A DNA stretch of 63,770 bases, filler included, from Ministeria vibrans ATCC 50519 (Eukaryota; Protista; Filasterea): the NCBI GenBank assembly GCA_943704425.1. It is 8 parts of 8 records of this genome, joined end to end, with 100 filler letters (N's around TTAATTAATTAA, not from the genome) between each part and the next. Parts side by side here need not be neighbours in the genome. Positions count along the whole stretch, not along the records: positions 47,074 to 52,821 come from CALSCP010001192.1; positions 52,922 to 58,681 come from CALSCP010000738.1; positions 58,782 to 60,266 come from CALSCP010002252.1; positions 60,367 to 62,097 come from CALSCP010002518.1; positions 62,198 to 63,770 come from CALSCP010000843.1; 3 more parts are not named here. One strand, written 5' to 3'. Both the position numbers and the translations under genes were made by a program. Below, in pieces: positions 48,769-62,410 of the stretch (the first letter of the stretch is position 1; each line of letters opens with the position of its first letter). The notes beneath the pieces were generated by a model. That model had not been told where the DNA came from and made no database searches. It was given only the letters and a program-made list of their open reading frames with translations.

Positions 48769-50704
48769 TTATTTGGGAAAAGGAGACTTTGCTTTGTCAA
48801 AGGGGTCGCGGGAGAGGCATGAACGGATGAAACTGGGCGTCGCTTTGGGACCGACCATGCGGAGCACCCACTTTTCGTACCAGGTGACCGAGTAGACGAG
48901 TCGACGATCGTACGTGCTGATGCGGTTAAACATTTCAATGGTGAGCGGCACAAACTCAGCCATGAACTCGGCGAGTTGGTCGTCCCATTCGGCCGTGGGA
49001 CAGTTGTAGCGGCGCTGCAGCACATCAGGAATGTGCGGCTGCCACATACGCACCAAAGCAGTGCGGATAAAGGTGCGTGCCAGTTTCATTGGGTTGTTCC
49101 CTTTCGCCGGCAGGCCCCATTCGTTTCCCTTCAGAATCTCCGCTAACACCATGGGCACCATATAAAGCAACGCGGCACGCCTACGGTCGGAGCTCCAGCC
49201 GAGGTCGGAGAAAGGCATCTCTTGTGTGATGGTTTGCATAAAGAGATAGTCGCCACTCGTACTAAACTGGTTGATGGAGGCGCACGCTGTCACAGACTGC
49301 AAAACGGTATGATAAAATACTGATTAGAAAAATATAATAATAATAATAAATTTATTATTATTATTATTATTATAATACAATAATAAAAAGGATCATTATA
49401 ATTATTTTTGTCTTATTATTATTAATTTTAAAATAATTATAATAATTGAATGTTCTTATTATGATTGTGCAATAGCGTGGTTTTTCTTTTCTTTTTTTGC
49501 ATATTGGTTGCAGAGCTCACCTTGACGCTGTGAAACCAGAAAAGCGGCAGATAGAGCATTTCGCCGGGACTGAGAGTTGCCTCCCAGATTTCAATTTCCT
49601 TCAAATCGGGATAGCGCTCCGTGTCAAGATTGTCAAAGTCAATCAGGTGCGATTGACGGTGGTTGGGAAACACAGTAGGGCCTACGCGAAGGTGCATCCA
49701 GTAGCGGGGAGAGACCATTCGAACGCGCTAAAAATTGAAAAAAAATATTATTAATAAATTGTCATTTCTTTCCTTTCACCTTTGTTCCGAGCATTTGAAC
49801 AAAGCAATTGTGGGCGTCATCATAGTGTGTGTTGGCCCACACACCAGCAGATCCCATCCACAACGAAGGAGTGCTAAATGTTTTTTTTTCTGTTGCAACT
49901 TCATATGCTCTGCAAAATATTTTTGATTGTGTTATACTTTATGACATATCATTAATTTTAGTTTTACCTTCCGTCCCAGAGAGCCAAGATGCTTTGGGGA
50001 TCAATGTCAGCACCAACTGGGAAGTCATTGAGATGCTTGCTGCCATAGACGTAGGGCTTTTCGGGGCCCAGCAAGTCGACAAATTGCGCTGCAGTGTACT
50101 TGTGCATGGCAAAGCCTTTCATGCCGCAGTGCGAGTCGTTGAGGCCGAGTGCCGCACAGTTGGCGCGCAGGCCTGCTCCGTAGTTGCGGAACACCCGTGT
50201 TGTATTGGAAATCTTGGCTGGCCACGATGTGTTGAGGTTGTCGCGTAAATAGTTGAACGACCTGAGACAAAGAGAGAGAGAGAGAGATTGTGTGTGTGTG
50301 AGATTGTGTGAGTGTTTGTTGGTTTCTCTATCTATTTGAGCTTGGTCGTACCACTTCTGTCGCGCAGGCCACAGCTCGGCTGGAGTATTTGTCAGCACAA
50401 TGGGACGGTCTGCTTCGAAAAACTAAACGTGTCGGTTTCAAACGAGTGTGAAACAAAAAAAACTTTTGTGCGAAAACGGAATGAAAACCTTTTCTTTAAA
50501 ATTGAGATTGTCGGGAGTCCATTCAAACCGCTCAACCTGGCGCATGGTGGAATAGGGTCGCTTCCAGCGGGGCGCGTAGTCCTCGGCGTCGGCAGCAGAG
50601 CACGACAGGCCGTCCACGTCAGACCCTGCACACGCTGCCTGCGTGTCCTGCGACGCACCCCGCGAGGCCGCCAGCGACACGATGATCATGCACACTGCAA
50701 GCAT
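48769..50704 (-). CDS. JmjC/cupin-8 2OG-Fe(II) oxygenase with predicted signal peptide
   Basis: Hydrophobic N-terminus; PLVLTN..WPA..KWS..YL; LWMGSAG..THYDDAHNCFVQMLGTK (HxD); LSPGEMLYLPLFWFHSV (distal His). Confidence 0.85.
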
Positions 50705-50823
50705 GTCAAGTGGGCAATTTGCGAAAAGAGTGTGAAAAGAAACAGTTTAGACTTTAGATTTTATTCATATTATTATTCGATCAAGATATTGACGTGATGC
50801 CTCGCTTTGCATCCATTGACGTG

Positions 50824-51771
50824 ATGTCGCCGATATCCGGGGCTAATGATGTCATTGTCACGTTTTTCCAGGTTCTCTTGACCGCCACGGAGCGACTGAC
50901 CCCACTGAGTGCTGATCATGACTGTTTGTTTAGGGAGTTTTGAACCAAACGTGGAATTTCGCGCTCGAACACGAGCCCATTGCTTCGCATCCGCTGTTTG
51001 ATGCCACTGTACGTCGGTTGAGCAGAGGCCGATGGCTGATTTTGCATTGTGTGTGTGTGTGTTTCTTTTTTATCGTCTTAGCTTGGTTTGGCGATTTATT
51101 TCCTTCTCACGGGACCTCTCGTGATCCTTGAGCTTGTGCGCCCCGACTGGTATGTCAAGTACAAAGTACAGCCCTCCGTCCGCGTCACCGGTGGCGACGT
51201 AAAGAAGTGCTTGCTGAATCTTGTGAGAAATCAGGTAAGGTTGGTTTTTTTTTTGACTCTCTCGCACTCGCAACGGCTCGCACGGGCCGAAATCGTTGTC
51301 AGATGCGTCTGGTGTGCACTTCTTGAGGACAATTGTCTTGAATGGGATGGTTGCTTTGCGCCAAATGCAGCTTGTTTTCTTTTGTTTGTTTGTCATCAGT
51401 GTCTCTCACACTCAGTCTCTCTCTTCTTTGTGTCTCAGGTGATTTTCATCTTTCCACTGTCGGCTCTGCGCTATTTTGAGACTGCCGAGCCATTCCCACT
51501 AGAGCCACCCATGCTGGGAACAGTCCTGATGAACCTGGTCAAGTGCACGCTTCTCTTTGACGTGCTCTTCTTCCTCTCGCACTACGCACTCCACTTCCGA
51601 TGGCTCTACAAGAAAGTCCACTACCTGCATCACGAATACCACTCGACGAATGCCCTTGTGACGCAGTACTTGCACCCCATTGAGCTTCTGCTGGTGGGAG
51701 GATTGGGTGCTGGACTGCCCTTTCTCTTCCAGTGCCATCGTATGACCCATTGGATCTGGTACCCGAAAGAG

Positions 51772-51864
<93 letters not shown>

Positions 51865-52171
51865 NNNNNNNNNNNNNNNNNNNNNNNNNNNNNNNNNNNN
51901 NNNNNNNNNNNNNNNNNNNNNNNNNNNNNNNNNNNNNNNNNNNNNNNNNNNNNNNNNNNNNNNNNNNNNNNNNNNNNNNNNNNNNNNNNNNNNNNNNNNN
52001 NNNNNNNNNNNNNNNNNNNNNNNNNNNNNNNNNNNNNNNNNNNNNNNNNNNNNNNNNNNNNNNNNNNNNNNNNNNNNNNNNNNNNNNNNNNNNNNNNNNN
52101 NNNNNNNNNNNNNNNNNNNNNNNNNNNNNNNNNNNNNNNNNNNNNNNNNNNNNNNNNNNNNNNNNNNNNNN

Positions 52172-52224
<53 letters not shown>

Positions 52225-52554
52225 TGTGACTAAGGGAGTATCTTTCTCCTTCATAGGATGTTCATTGTGATGGTGACGTCGGTTGAGCACCATTCGGGAC
52301 TGGAGCTTCCGTTTGATCTGCACTGGCTCACCTTTGGTGTGTACGCGGGTGGTCGCTGGCACGACATGCACCATCAAGTAATATTACTGACACTGCACTA
52401 CATTGACATTGATTCTGTCTTGTTTTTTCTTAAGCGACCGTTAACAAACTACTGCGCAATGTTGTGCGTAATTGATAAGTTGCTCGGGACCGATGCGGAG
52501 ACTGTGGCCATTGAGAAAGCAAAAAGAACTCAACTGAGGGAAATGAACCAATAA
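50824..52554 (+). CDS. Sterol hydroxylase/desaturase, cholesterol 25-hydroxylase-like; start uncertain
   Basis: His boxes HYALH, HYLHH and HDMHH; LLFDVLFF..ALVTQYLHPIEL..SVEHHSG..FGVYAGG..DKLLGT; spans an N gap inside an intron. Confidence 0.85.
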
Positions 52555-53067
52555 CAATATATAATGTGTTATTGAATAAGTTGGATTTTTTTACATAACA
52601 ATTGGCGTCCACTGTCGTCGGAGAGGGCAGTGGTAGTGGGCCACAGCTGGCAGCGGTGGAGAGCCAGGAGATCTATACCTGTAACAGTACTGTAAATAAT
52701 GTGATCATATGTTGATCAGGTGCTCAAGAGTCAAGGGAATGTGGGTCTCAACCTCGATGGTACAATGGGAGGGGGCCAGGGAAGGTGACTGATTGATTGT
52801 GATTTGTGTGTGTGTGTGTGTNNNNNNNNNNNNNNNNNNNNNNNNNNNNNNNNNNNNNNNNNNNNTTAATTAATTAANNNNNNNNNNNNNNNNNNNNNNN
52901 NNNNNNNNNNNNNNNNNNNNNAGAAAGGAGGGAGGGAGGGAGAAAGAAACAAAGTGAGAGAGAGAGAGAGAGAATGATAGAGACTAAGTGATAGAGAGAC
53001 AGAGTAAAGTGAAAGAACGTGATAGAGAGACCACATGCCCGAGCCTTATTGGTGTTGTTATGTGCAG

Positions 53068-53518
53068 GTGAGTCTTAGCGGTACAGTCGTGAGCGCGTCG
53101 TTGCGCGAGTCGTTCAGTGATGCCATTGCACTGGTGATCAATGGTGCGCGACTTGGCGACGTGACTCGCAATCCCTTCCATGTAAGTTCTTTTTGGGTTG
53201 TGTATTTGGGATTTTAAGTTGAATTGGATGACATTGTCTAGGCGTACAATTGGGGTGCAAGTAAATGGTCTGATCTGGTGATCAAAGGGGCCTCCAAAGA
53301 CGACGACAAAGCAACGGTGATCTTTGAAGGCGAAAAGACACTCGAGACTATTGCGAATGCCCTCAAAAGAAAAGTACATTTCTGTGTGTGTGTGTGTCGC
53401 TCTTAAAATTGTGTGCACGTGTTTTTTTTTTCTTCAGGAATATGAGAAGTTGAGCGACTTTGATGATCATTTGGAGGATTTGAGCAAAGATTGGCTCAAT
53501 GGTGCGATTGAAATTTGA
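53068..53518 (+). CDS. EMC8: ER membrane protein complex subunit 8/9, 3' fragment
   Basis: FSDAIALVING..; C-terminal signature LSDFDDHLEDLSKDWLN. Confidence 0.8.
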
Positions 53519-53604
53519 AAAAGAAAAACAACACACATTCAGTACAGTAAACGAAATGAAATTTGGAAGAACAAGTCAGAAAGAAAAAGAGGAGAAGGAA
53601 AAGT

Positions 53605-53782
53605 TTACTCTTGACGAATCGCCTTGAAGTTAAGTGCAATGCCAATGTCGTCTGCTTGGGATTGAATGCGAGACAGCACAACCACAGCCTTTGCTGCCTG
53701 GAAGGAGACACGAGTGGAGGTACGGGAGTGAGCTTAGTGTATGCTTGTATGTGTATATGTATGTATATGTAAACATGTGCGT

Positions 53783-53824
<42 letters not shown>

Positions 53825-55357
53825 GTGAGCGTGTGTGAGCGTGTGTGTGTGTTGTGCTAGCGGTTTTTTTTGTATCTTGATCGTGTGCTTAGTGTGTACC
53901 TTGTCAAAGTCTTCTTCGCAAATGATGGGGAGTCCCGACTTACTGATGAGCTCGCGAGCCTCTTCCATGTGGTTTCCTATAAAAACGTGAGAGAGCAATC
54001 AATCACAGTATAACACAAGCAATCAGAGTCAGATTAAACAGTGTGAAATTCGAGTCACTTGTGTCTATGATTAGACGTGCATGCGACGGAGATAGAAATC
54101 AGTAATGTGATTTACCCTTAAGGCGTGTCACAATGGGGATCTTGAGGTCGAGGTTCTGTGCGGCGGCAATAATGCCCTTGGCAATCACGTCGCATCGCAG
54201 AATACCCCCAAAGATGTTCACAAAGATGGCCTGAACATGAGAGTCAGCACTGATCAGACGGAATGCATTCGTCACCTACACAGCCGCGAGAAAAAAAAAA
54301 AAAAANNNNNNNNNNGGGTCACGACAGTAAAAAACACCGTGTGAGCACAAGTGTGTCATGTTGCATACGTTACTTGGTTCTCATTGGCTGCTCCACCAAC
54401 ATCAAGAAAGTTTGCTGGTTCAGAACCATAGAGCTTAATAATGTCCATTGTGGCCATCGCGAGACCCGCTCCATTCACTGAAAAAGCGCACAAAAAAAAG
54501 AAGGGAAGTGTGTATGTGTGAGAGAAGAGCGCACTCGCTCACTCCGCTCACTATCGCTTTGTGCATTACCAAGGCAACCAATGTGGCCATCAAGCCCGAT
54601 GTAGTTGAGGTCGTACTGGGTAGCCGCAACTTCGCGTGGGTCCTCCTGCGCCTCGTCGCGCATGGCAAAGACGTCGTGCTGACGAAACGACGCATTGTCG
54701 TCAAAGTTGATCTTGGCGTCCATGCACACCACCCGCCCCGACACGTCCTCCGCCATTGGATTAATTTCAACCAGAGACGCATCCTTTTCAATGAAGATCT
54801 TGTACAGTTTCATCATTTGTTCCGCAGCCTGCACAAGGGAAAAAAATCCCCAACAATTTTTTAGAAACAATTGAAATAATTGCGCTTCGTGTTGCTGTTC
54901 ACGTACCCCCGCCTTGCATGCTTCCGAAAAGCCCATCTTGAGGGCCATATCCTCAGCTTCGGCCAGACTCAGTCCCGCAATCACATCCACAGGCTTGGTA
55001 ATGATCGCCTCGGGACTCTCCGCCGCCACCGCCTCAATGTCCATACCGCCCTGAGAACTTCCCACAAGCACAGGACCCTGCAGAACAACAGCACACCAAT
55101 GCAAGATAATGTCAGTGCTATTATCGTGGTGACAAGGCACTTTAATTTCCCGCTCGGTCTTCCTTTTCCTCACCTGATGAGCTCGGTCCATTAAGATGGC
55201 AAAGTAGTATTCCCTTCTCGAGTAGAGTCTCTCGGCAAGGAACACCTCGTTGCATGGCCGTCCCCCGGCACCCGTCTGCTTCGTCACCAGTGTGTAGCCA
55301 ATCATCTTTGATGCGTACTCGCTCGCTTGCTCAGGTCTATATATATATATATATAAA

Positions 55358-55404
<47 letters not shown>

Positions 55405-56053
55405 AATCGTGTTACACTTTTCGCAAAAGGGACCGAGTCAGTCTGATTTACGAATAGGCCATTTTGACGCCACCCTTGAGACCACTTGAGAAGGTGCCTT
55501 TGCCACGCCCGCCGGCCAGAACCATCGCCTTGACAACAACGTCGCCGCCTGTCGAGGATCAATCGGATTGACAGCCGGGAAGAGAGAGAGAGAGAGATGG
55601 TATGACAAAAAAAANNNNNNNNNNCTTGTCATAGCACACTACTACAGACTACACCAAGTACTCTCAACTTTCAAGCACGAAGCGAAGAAGAATCAGCGAA
55701 AATCACAAAATATAGAGCGCAATCCAGGCGGAGAGCAGGCATACCAATATCTTCGGCGACCTTCTGTGCCTCCGCGGCGGACTTAGCCACGCGACCCTTC
55801 GGGATATTCACTCCCTGAACAGATAAAAAAAAAAAAAATCGTGACATGTCAAGGATAACTCGAATATGACAGAAAACGAACCTCGGCGCCAAGCAGACCC
55901 ATGCTACAGTGCTCGTGGATGCTCAGGTAGCGCACCGACTGCTGGAGCTGCGTGAAGTTGGTCAGAGTGGACAGAGTGAAAATGTGGGTGACGTACCGCA
56001 GAGCCCCTCGCAAGCGACTGGGGGACTCGCGACAGGCGACACAACGACAGCAT
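53605..56053 (-). CDS. SUCLA2: Succinyl-CoA ligase beta subunit, mitochondrial (ADP-forming, SUCLA2-like)
   Basis: [70 protein letters not shown]; extended C-terminus [17 protein letters not shown] resembling the ATP-specific isoform. Confidence 0.9.
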
Positions 56054-56173
56054 GGAGAATATAGTAAACGATCACAGTGAACTATAAAGAAATATATAAT
56101 ATTTTCTTGGGATTTCGAGCGCGGAGAATAGTCACTACTTAGTCACTCGTGACACACTGTATTTGATTCGGTT

Positions 56174-57917
56174 ATGCTGCTGTGCTCGTTGCTGATAGCG
56201 AGCATAGTTGCCACGGCGTGCAGTCGAGAGGCTGAAACGTACGATGCGGTGATTGTAGGCTCAACCCCGGCGGGCATTGTTGCGGCGGTGGCGCTGCAAC
56301 GAACGACGCCCCAGCGGGTTGTGCTTGTCTCTGAGACGAGCGCCATTGGCGGCATGGTGGCAGGCGGTCTCTCTAAAACAGACACGGGTGACTCGTCGGT
56401 GATTGGCGGCATTGCTTTGGAAGTGAGGAGACGCAATGCAAACGATAATAATCAGCCCTGACGCCTCCTGACTTGTGTGTTTAGTTCTTCCAACGAAACG
56501 GCGCACATTACGGCTCGTCCGAACCCCAATTTCTGCTTGAACCTCATGTGGCCGAGTCCATCTTTCGCGACATGCTCAACGAAAGTTCAGTCGAGCTCAC
56601 GACCGGCCTGGTGCGGCGCGCGTCGGTGCGCAACGCCGCAATTGAGTCCATCGAGTTGCTTGACGGACGTGTGCTGAATGGACGCGTGTTCTTGGACGCT
56701 ACGTATGCGGGAGATCTCTTAGCACTGGCCAATGCCTCCTTTACATGGGGACGCGAAAGCAACACGACCTACAACGAGTCGCTGGGGGGCCGCCAGGCGT
56801 ACTCGCCCAAAAACCAGTTTAAGACGCACGTCAATCCCTACGCGAGTGACGGAACTCTGCTGCCACTGGTGCAGAGCGGACCAAGCGGCAAGGCAGGCGA
56901 AGGCGACCGAAAGGTCACGGCGTACAACTTTCGCCTGTGTCTCACACAGCAGGAGGACCTACGCGTGCCCATCACTCGTCCCGCCGACTACAACGCATCC
57001 ACCTACGAGCTGTTCCGGCGCTATCTCAACACCTCCGAGGTCGGGTCGCTGCATTCCTTTTTCAACATTGGGAAGGCGATGGGCAACAAGAGCGACTGGA
57101 ACAACGGTGGCCCTCTCTCAACGTCAGACAAACAAGATTATTATGATATTTTTTTCTTCTTTTTACTCCTCGTCTTTGTAGCGACCTCGTTGGCGAAAAC
57201 TGGCAGTACCCACTCACCCTGCCGGGCAGTGAGGAACGGCAGAAAATTTATGACGCGCACGTGCGCTACACCAAGGGCCTCCTGTGGTTTGTGTGGTCCG
57301 ACGCGTCTGTGCCCCTTGCGATTCAGCAGGAGATGCGCACTTGGGGCTTGTGTCGTGACGAGTTTGTCGACACTGCGCACTTCCCGTCGCAGCTGTATGT
57401 GCGTGAGGCGCGCCGTCTTGTGGGCGACGCGGTGTTCAATGAAAACACGGCGCGCAACCATACGTCGTTTGGCAACGCCTCCATTGGACTGCACGGGTAC
57501 AATTTTGACTCACACAACACTCAGCGGTTTGTGTGTCCGCCCAACACTCTGCACTGCAACCCTCCTCCTCACACCGGAGCGACCGCAGGGGAGGGCACCA
57601 GTTCAAGTGGCTTCTACGTACTCAACGAAGGCGACGTCGAGGTGAACCCGGGCGTGGGCTGCATTCCATACAGCGCAGTCCTGCCTCGTCGCGCCGAGCT
57701 TACCAATCTACTTGTGCCCGTTTGCGCCTCTTCTTCTCATATCGGCTACTCCACGCTACGCCTTGAACCCCAGTACATGATCATGGGCCACTCGACGGGC
57801 GTTGCCGCGGCCCTTTTCCTTGCGAACCCCCACCTCAAGGCTGTTCATGACATTGATCTGGCGCACCTCAATCGCCTTCTTCTCGAACAAAAGCAACGAC
57901 TCACGCCCAATAATTGA
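56174..57917 (+). CDS. Secreted FAD-dependent oxidoreductase (FAD_oxidored / xanthan-lyase-associated family), 3 exons
   Basis: YDAVIVGSTPAGIVAA, IGGMVAGGL, EPHVAE, FLDATYAGDL, GRES..YNESLGG, AYNFRLCLT, YVREARRLVG, SSSHIGYSTLRLEPQYM. Confidence 0.88.
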
Positions 57918-58007
57918 ACAAAAATTACGACATATAATTTGATGATACATAGGAAAGTGAGATACATAGATAGAGAGGTCGCGAAGAGAAAAACCCAAAG
58001 TGATAGC

Positions 58008-58080
<73 letters not shown>

Positions 58081-58140
58081 GGGAGGGAGAAAGAAACAAA
58101 GTGATAGAGAGAGAGAAATAGAGAGAGAGAAGCAAAACTC

Positions 58141-58528
58141 TCAACGACGACGAAACAGGCGCAAGAGGAGCACAGCAGATCCCACAGCAAGTGTAACGCC
58201 ACCCACGCGCCACGACCAACGCACCAGGGGCGACGGTGAGGCGTGCTCGCGCGCCCGACGGTCCTGCAGCAGCGCATTTAGATCAATTGTCTCGTCCTCC
58301 CAATGGTCTACAATGCCCGCAAGGTGACCTATTAGAATAATTATAATAATTATCAAAAGTGTGAGAGAGAGTAAAAGGCAACAATGACGATTTCGGACCA
58401 ATTCCGACAACGGCAACACACGTTCCGCGCTGACTGTGCTTCCGAATCACTTCACAGAGGAACTCATCGCGCTCTGCCATGAGAACTTGATGCACTGTGG
58501 GATATTCACTGCCCAATTCTTCTACCAA
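58141..58528 (-). CDS. TRABD: TraB-domain protein, 3' fragment
   Basis: YPTVHQVLMAERDEFL, VAVVGI-GHLAGI, C-terminal TM followed by a basic tail. Confidence 0.8.
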
Positions 58529-58530
58529 CT

Positions 58531-58681
<151 letters not shown>

Positions 58682-58839
58682 NNNNNNNNNNNNNNNNNNN
58701 NNNNNNNNNNNNNNNNNNNNNNNNNTTAATTAATTAANNNNNNNNNNNNNNNNNNNNNNNNNNNNNNNNNNNNNNNNNNNNTCTCTCACTCCCTTTCTCT
58801 CCTCGCTACATTTTCCTTTAAAATCTAATTATACACAAT

Positions 58840-60072
58840 TCACAGTTCAGAATCGTCTTCAAGTGCCGGTGGGCCAACGCTCAGAGACACACCCAAGGGT
58901 TTCCTACAGAACATCAAACCACTGTCAATGCTGTTGATTGATTCTCTTCCGCCCTCTCTCTCCCTCTCTATCACTTTGCTTCTCTCTCTCTCTATCACTT
59001 TGCTTCTCTCTCTATCACTTTGTTTCCCTCTCTTATCACTTTGTTTCTCTCTCTCTCTATCACTTTGTTTCTCTCTCCCTATCACTTTGTTTCTCTCTCT
59101 ATCACTTTGTTTCTCTCTCTCTATCACTTTGTTTCTCTCTCTCTTTCTTTCTGATACAAATGCCACATTTGTAAGTTTGTGCGTATGTCCTTCTTTACCG
59201 GTTCTTCTCCATGTTGGCAGTGGCTTCGTTAAACTCAGGGTCTGTGCGAAGTTCGGTCATGGTCGCACCAACCTCGGGGTTGGTTGCCTCCCATTCGTGT
59301 TGCTTCTGCATGACCGAACGCGAACGTTGTGTCCTATCATGGATATGTAAGAGGCATGTGCATTCTGGGGGTGGAGTCAACGGCTTACCTTCGTCGTGGG
59401 TCATCTACGGGTTTGGGCTTCTCGATGAACTTGGCAAGAGCAAGTTTGAGGCCCGCATAGCGATCCTGCAAGTCACGATGATACTCGTTCTGGTCCACGC
59501 CAATCAATGTGTGGTTCAGTGCCAGAGCGTCACTGCACGCCTTCAAAAACCTACCCAAGTCAAACACACACAAGAGTCAACCCCAAAAACACCACACAAC
59601 AATTCAAGCCATTACATCTTAAAGTGCTTCTTGAGCGCGCGCTGCTTCTCGTCAATGCGCTTCTTCCTGGGCTTCCCCTTCGCTGCATCGCTCTCCCGTC
59701 GCTGCACCGCCAGCTGCGCTTCAGTGTCTTCCGGATGCGGTACATACTCAGGCCCCAGAAACGCTCGCGCCATCACCAGAGGACCCGCATTCACCGTCGC
59801 ATTCACAGCTAAAACCCAAAAGAAAGCACACGCCAGTAAGAACAGATCACAATCAATTAAAACAATATTTTGTTGACTCTCACAAACACGAACTCTCTAG
59901 TTTGCTTTTTTTTTCTATTCGTTTCTCTCTGTCTGTTTCGATTCGTACCCCCTTGCAGAATCATCTGCAGCATTTTCATGTTGGGGGGTTTGGCTTGGAT
60001 TTCACGTGTGAGCTCCAGTGTACGGTTGGAAATCTCCTCAATGGCACACTCAATTGGCAACAACGTCATTTC
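58840..60072 (-). CDS. DOCK-C/D (zizimin-type) GEF, DHR2 C-terminal fragment
   Basis: LLPIECAIEEI..PPNMKMLQMILQG.VNATVNAGPLVMARAFL..FLKACSDALALNHTLIG.DQ.EYH. Confidence 0.88.
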
Positions 60073-60106
60073 CTATACACAGGTAGAGAAAAAAAAGACT
60101 CAATAT

Positions 60107-60137
<31 letters not shown>

Positions 60138-60141
60138 TCTC

Positions 60142-60266
<125 letters not shown>

Positions 60267-60366
60267 NNNNNNNNNNNNNNNNNNNNNNNNNNNNNNNNNN
60301 NNNNNNNNNNTTAATTAATTAANNNNNNNNNNNNNNNNNNNNNNNNNNNNNNNNNNNNNNNNNNNN

Positions 60367-60465
<99 letters not shown>

Positions 60466-60468
60466 TAC

Positions 60469-61467
60469 CTCGTCTTTGATCTTAATTTCGTCCTGGGCCG
60501 CAGTTACGTCCGCCAGCACTGCCTTCTCCACCTTGTCCTTTTGTGCCAACTGCACTTCCAGTCGCGCACACCGGTCTTTTATTTGTTCCAATTCAAATCC
60601 GGGATCCTCTCTAAAGGTAAATGAATGGGATATTAGATTTCAAGCGTTGAAGAAACGAAGAAACAAACAAAAGAAGAAAACATGCACGCAATACCTTCCA
60701 CTTTGGACGGAGGCAAACGAACCGGGTCTGCCGCCCACGGAGGGTTCTCGGAGCGTCGAAGCCGAGACACCCCAGGCACCCAATTCGTCGTCGTCTTCGC
60801 GCTCGCTGCCACCGTCGATGACGTCGTCGCTGTCGTTGGCCATGGAGCCGACGGTAAAGGTCGCTTCGCCTCTTCGTTTGGTCGGGCCACTCATGCTGCT
60901 GCTCACACTGACACTCTCCGTCTCCCACGCAACGCGCGCGGGTGCTCCAAGCACGTGTGGATCGCCGTCAAAGCGTACAGCAGGTCCGCCAGCCGAGGGT
61001 GCGCCGCCGGCGGTCGCTTCTGCTGGCGCGGCGTCCGCGGCCTCCGCCGTGTCCGCAAGCAACTCGTCGCGCTTCGACCGGAGCGCATCAAGCCACCGCA
61101 TCATCGCGTACTCTGTGTCCGCCAGCAGCTGGTGCTGCTGTGTGGATGCCATGACGAGCGTGAGGGCGCATGGCTCGGCGTCGTTGCGCAGGAACGACAA
61201 CACTTGGCGAAGGTCAATTTTACTGAAGGCGATAAATAAATATAATAAAAAGGAGACAAGAACAGCGAGAGAAGCAACGGGGTGAGACGATAGGCGCAAG
61301 GCATGTGTGTCGTACGAGAGAGGGTTGGCGTCGCCCTTGGCCTTGAATATCCCCAAATGTCCACTCTGCGCAATGTACGACACCCACCGCTTTTTCCACG
61401 ACCGAATGATCGCTCCTTCCTGTGTGCCCAGCCATCCTTCAACGCGCTTCTTGTCGAAGGAGTCCAT
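60469..61467 (-). CDS. PH-domain plus coiled-coil protein, TBC1D2-like, 5' fragment
   Basis: EGWL..IRSWKKRW..DANPL.KIDL..ADTEYAMMRWLDAL.SKR, followed by a coiled coil; truncated. Confidence 0.6.
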
Positions 61468-62197
61468 TTCAATGTGTGACAAGGGGAAAGAAAGAGCAAG
61501 ACGAAGTGAGTAACAGAACTCCTAAAAGTAAAAACTAAAAAGTGCTGAAATTTTTTCTTATGATTCATTTGACTTTCCGTTCTTCTCGAAATTGGTTGGA
61601 CGAGTGATAACATGCATTACTAAGTAGCTGAATTGCCTTTGACTGACTCTGAGTTGAGTGTAAGGCACCGTTTTGGCGAGTGGTTGGCGATTGAGATGCG
61701 TCCAGTTCGAAACCAATGAACCAAAGGCTCTCCAACAAGCTCGTGTGCAGGGCATGCACCGCTGTGTAGAGTCGGGTAAGTACTTGTTCGACCAGGGGGT
61801 GGAGAAGCGGGCGTGCGTGCCGTGTGACGGTGTGAAGTGTGTTGTTTGCGTTTGTTTATCATCACATTCGATGTGGACGATCCGCTTAGGCCATTGGTGG
61901 TTGTTCTGGTCTTCTGGACGGTTACGCTCGTTTCAGTTTTGTAAATGAGGTGTTTGTTACTGTGGCGTGTTCATATAAGCGTTGTTTCTCTCTCTCTATC
62001 ACTTTGTCTCTCTATCACTTTGTCTCTCTCTATCACTTTGTCTCTCTCTATCACTTTGTCTCTCTCTATCACTTTGTCTCTCTCTATCACTTTGTCTNNN
62101 NNNNNNNNNNNNNNNNNNNNNNNNNNNNNNNNNNNNNNNNNTTAATTAATTAANNNNNNNNNNNNNNNNNNNNNNNNNNNNNNNNNNNNNNNNNNNN

Positions 62198-62301
<104 letters not shown>

Positions 62302-62410
62302 ATTATAATTATGTTGTTGATAATTATTATCATAAAAGGAAAATAATATAAAAATTTATGAAAAAAGCCTTTGAGGTTGTTGTGATGGTTCTTGAAGACG
62401 CGGGTCGTAC

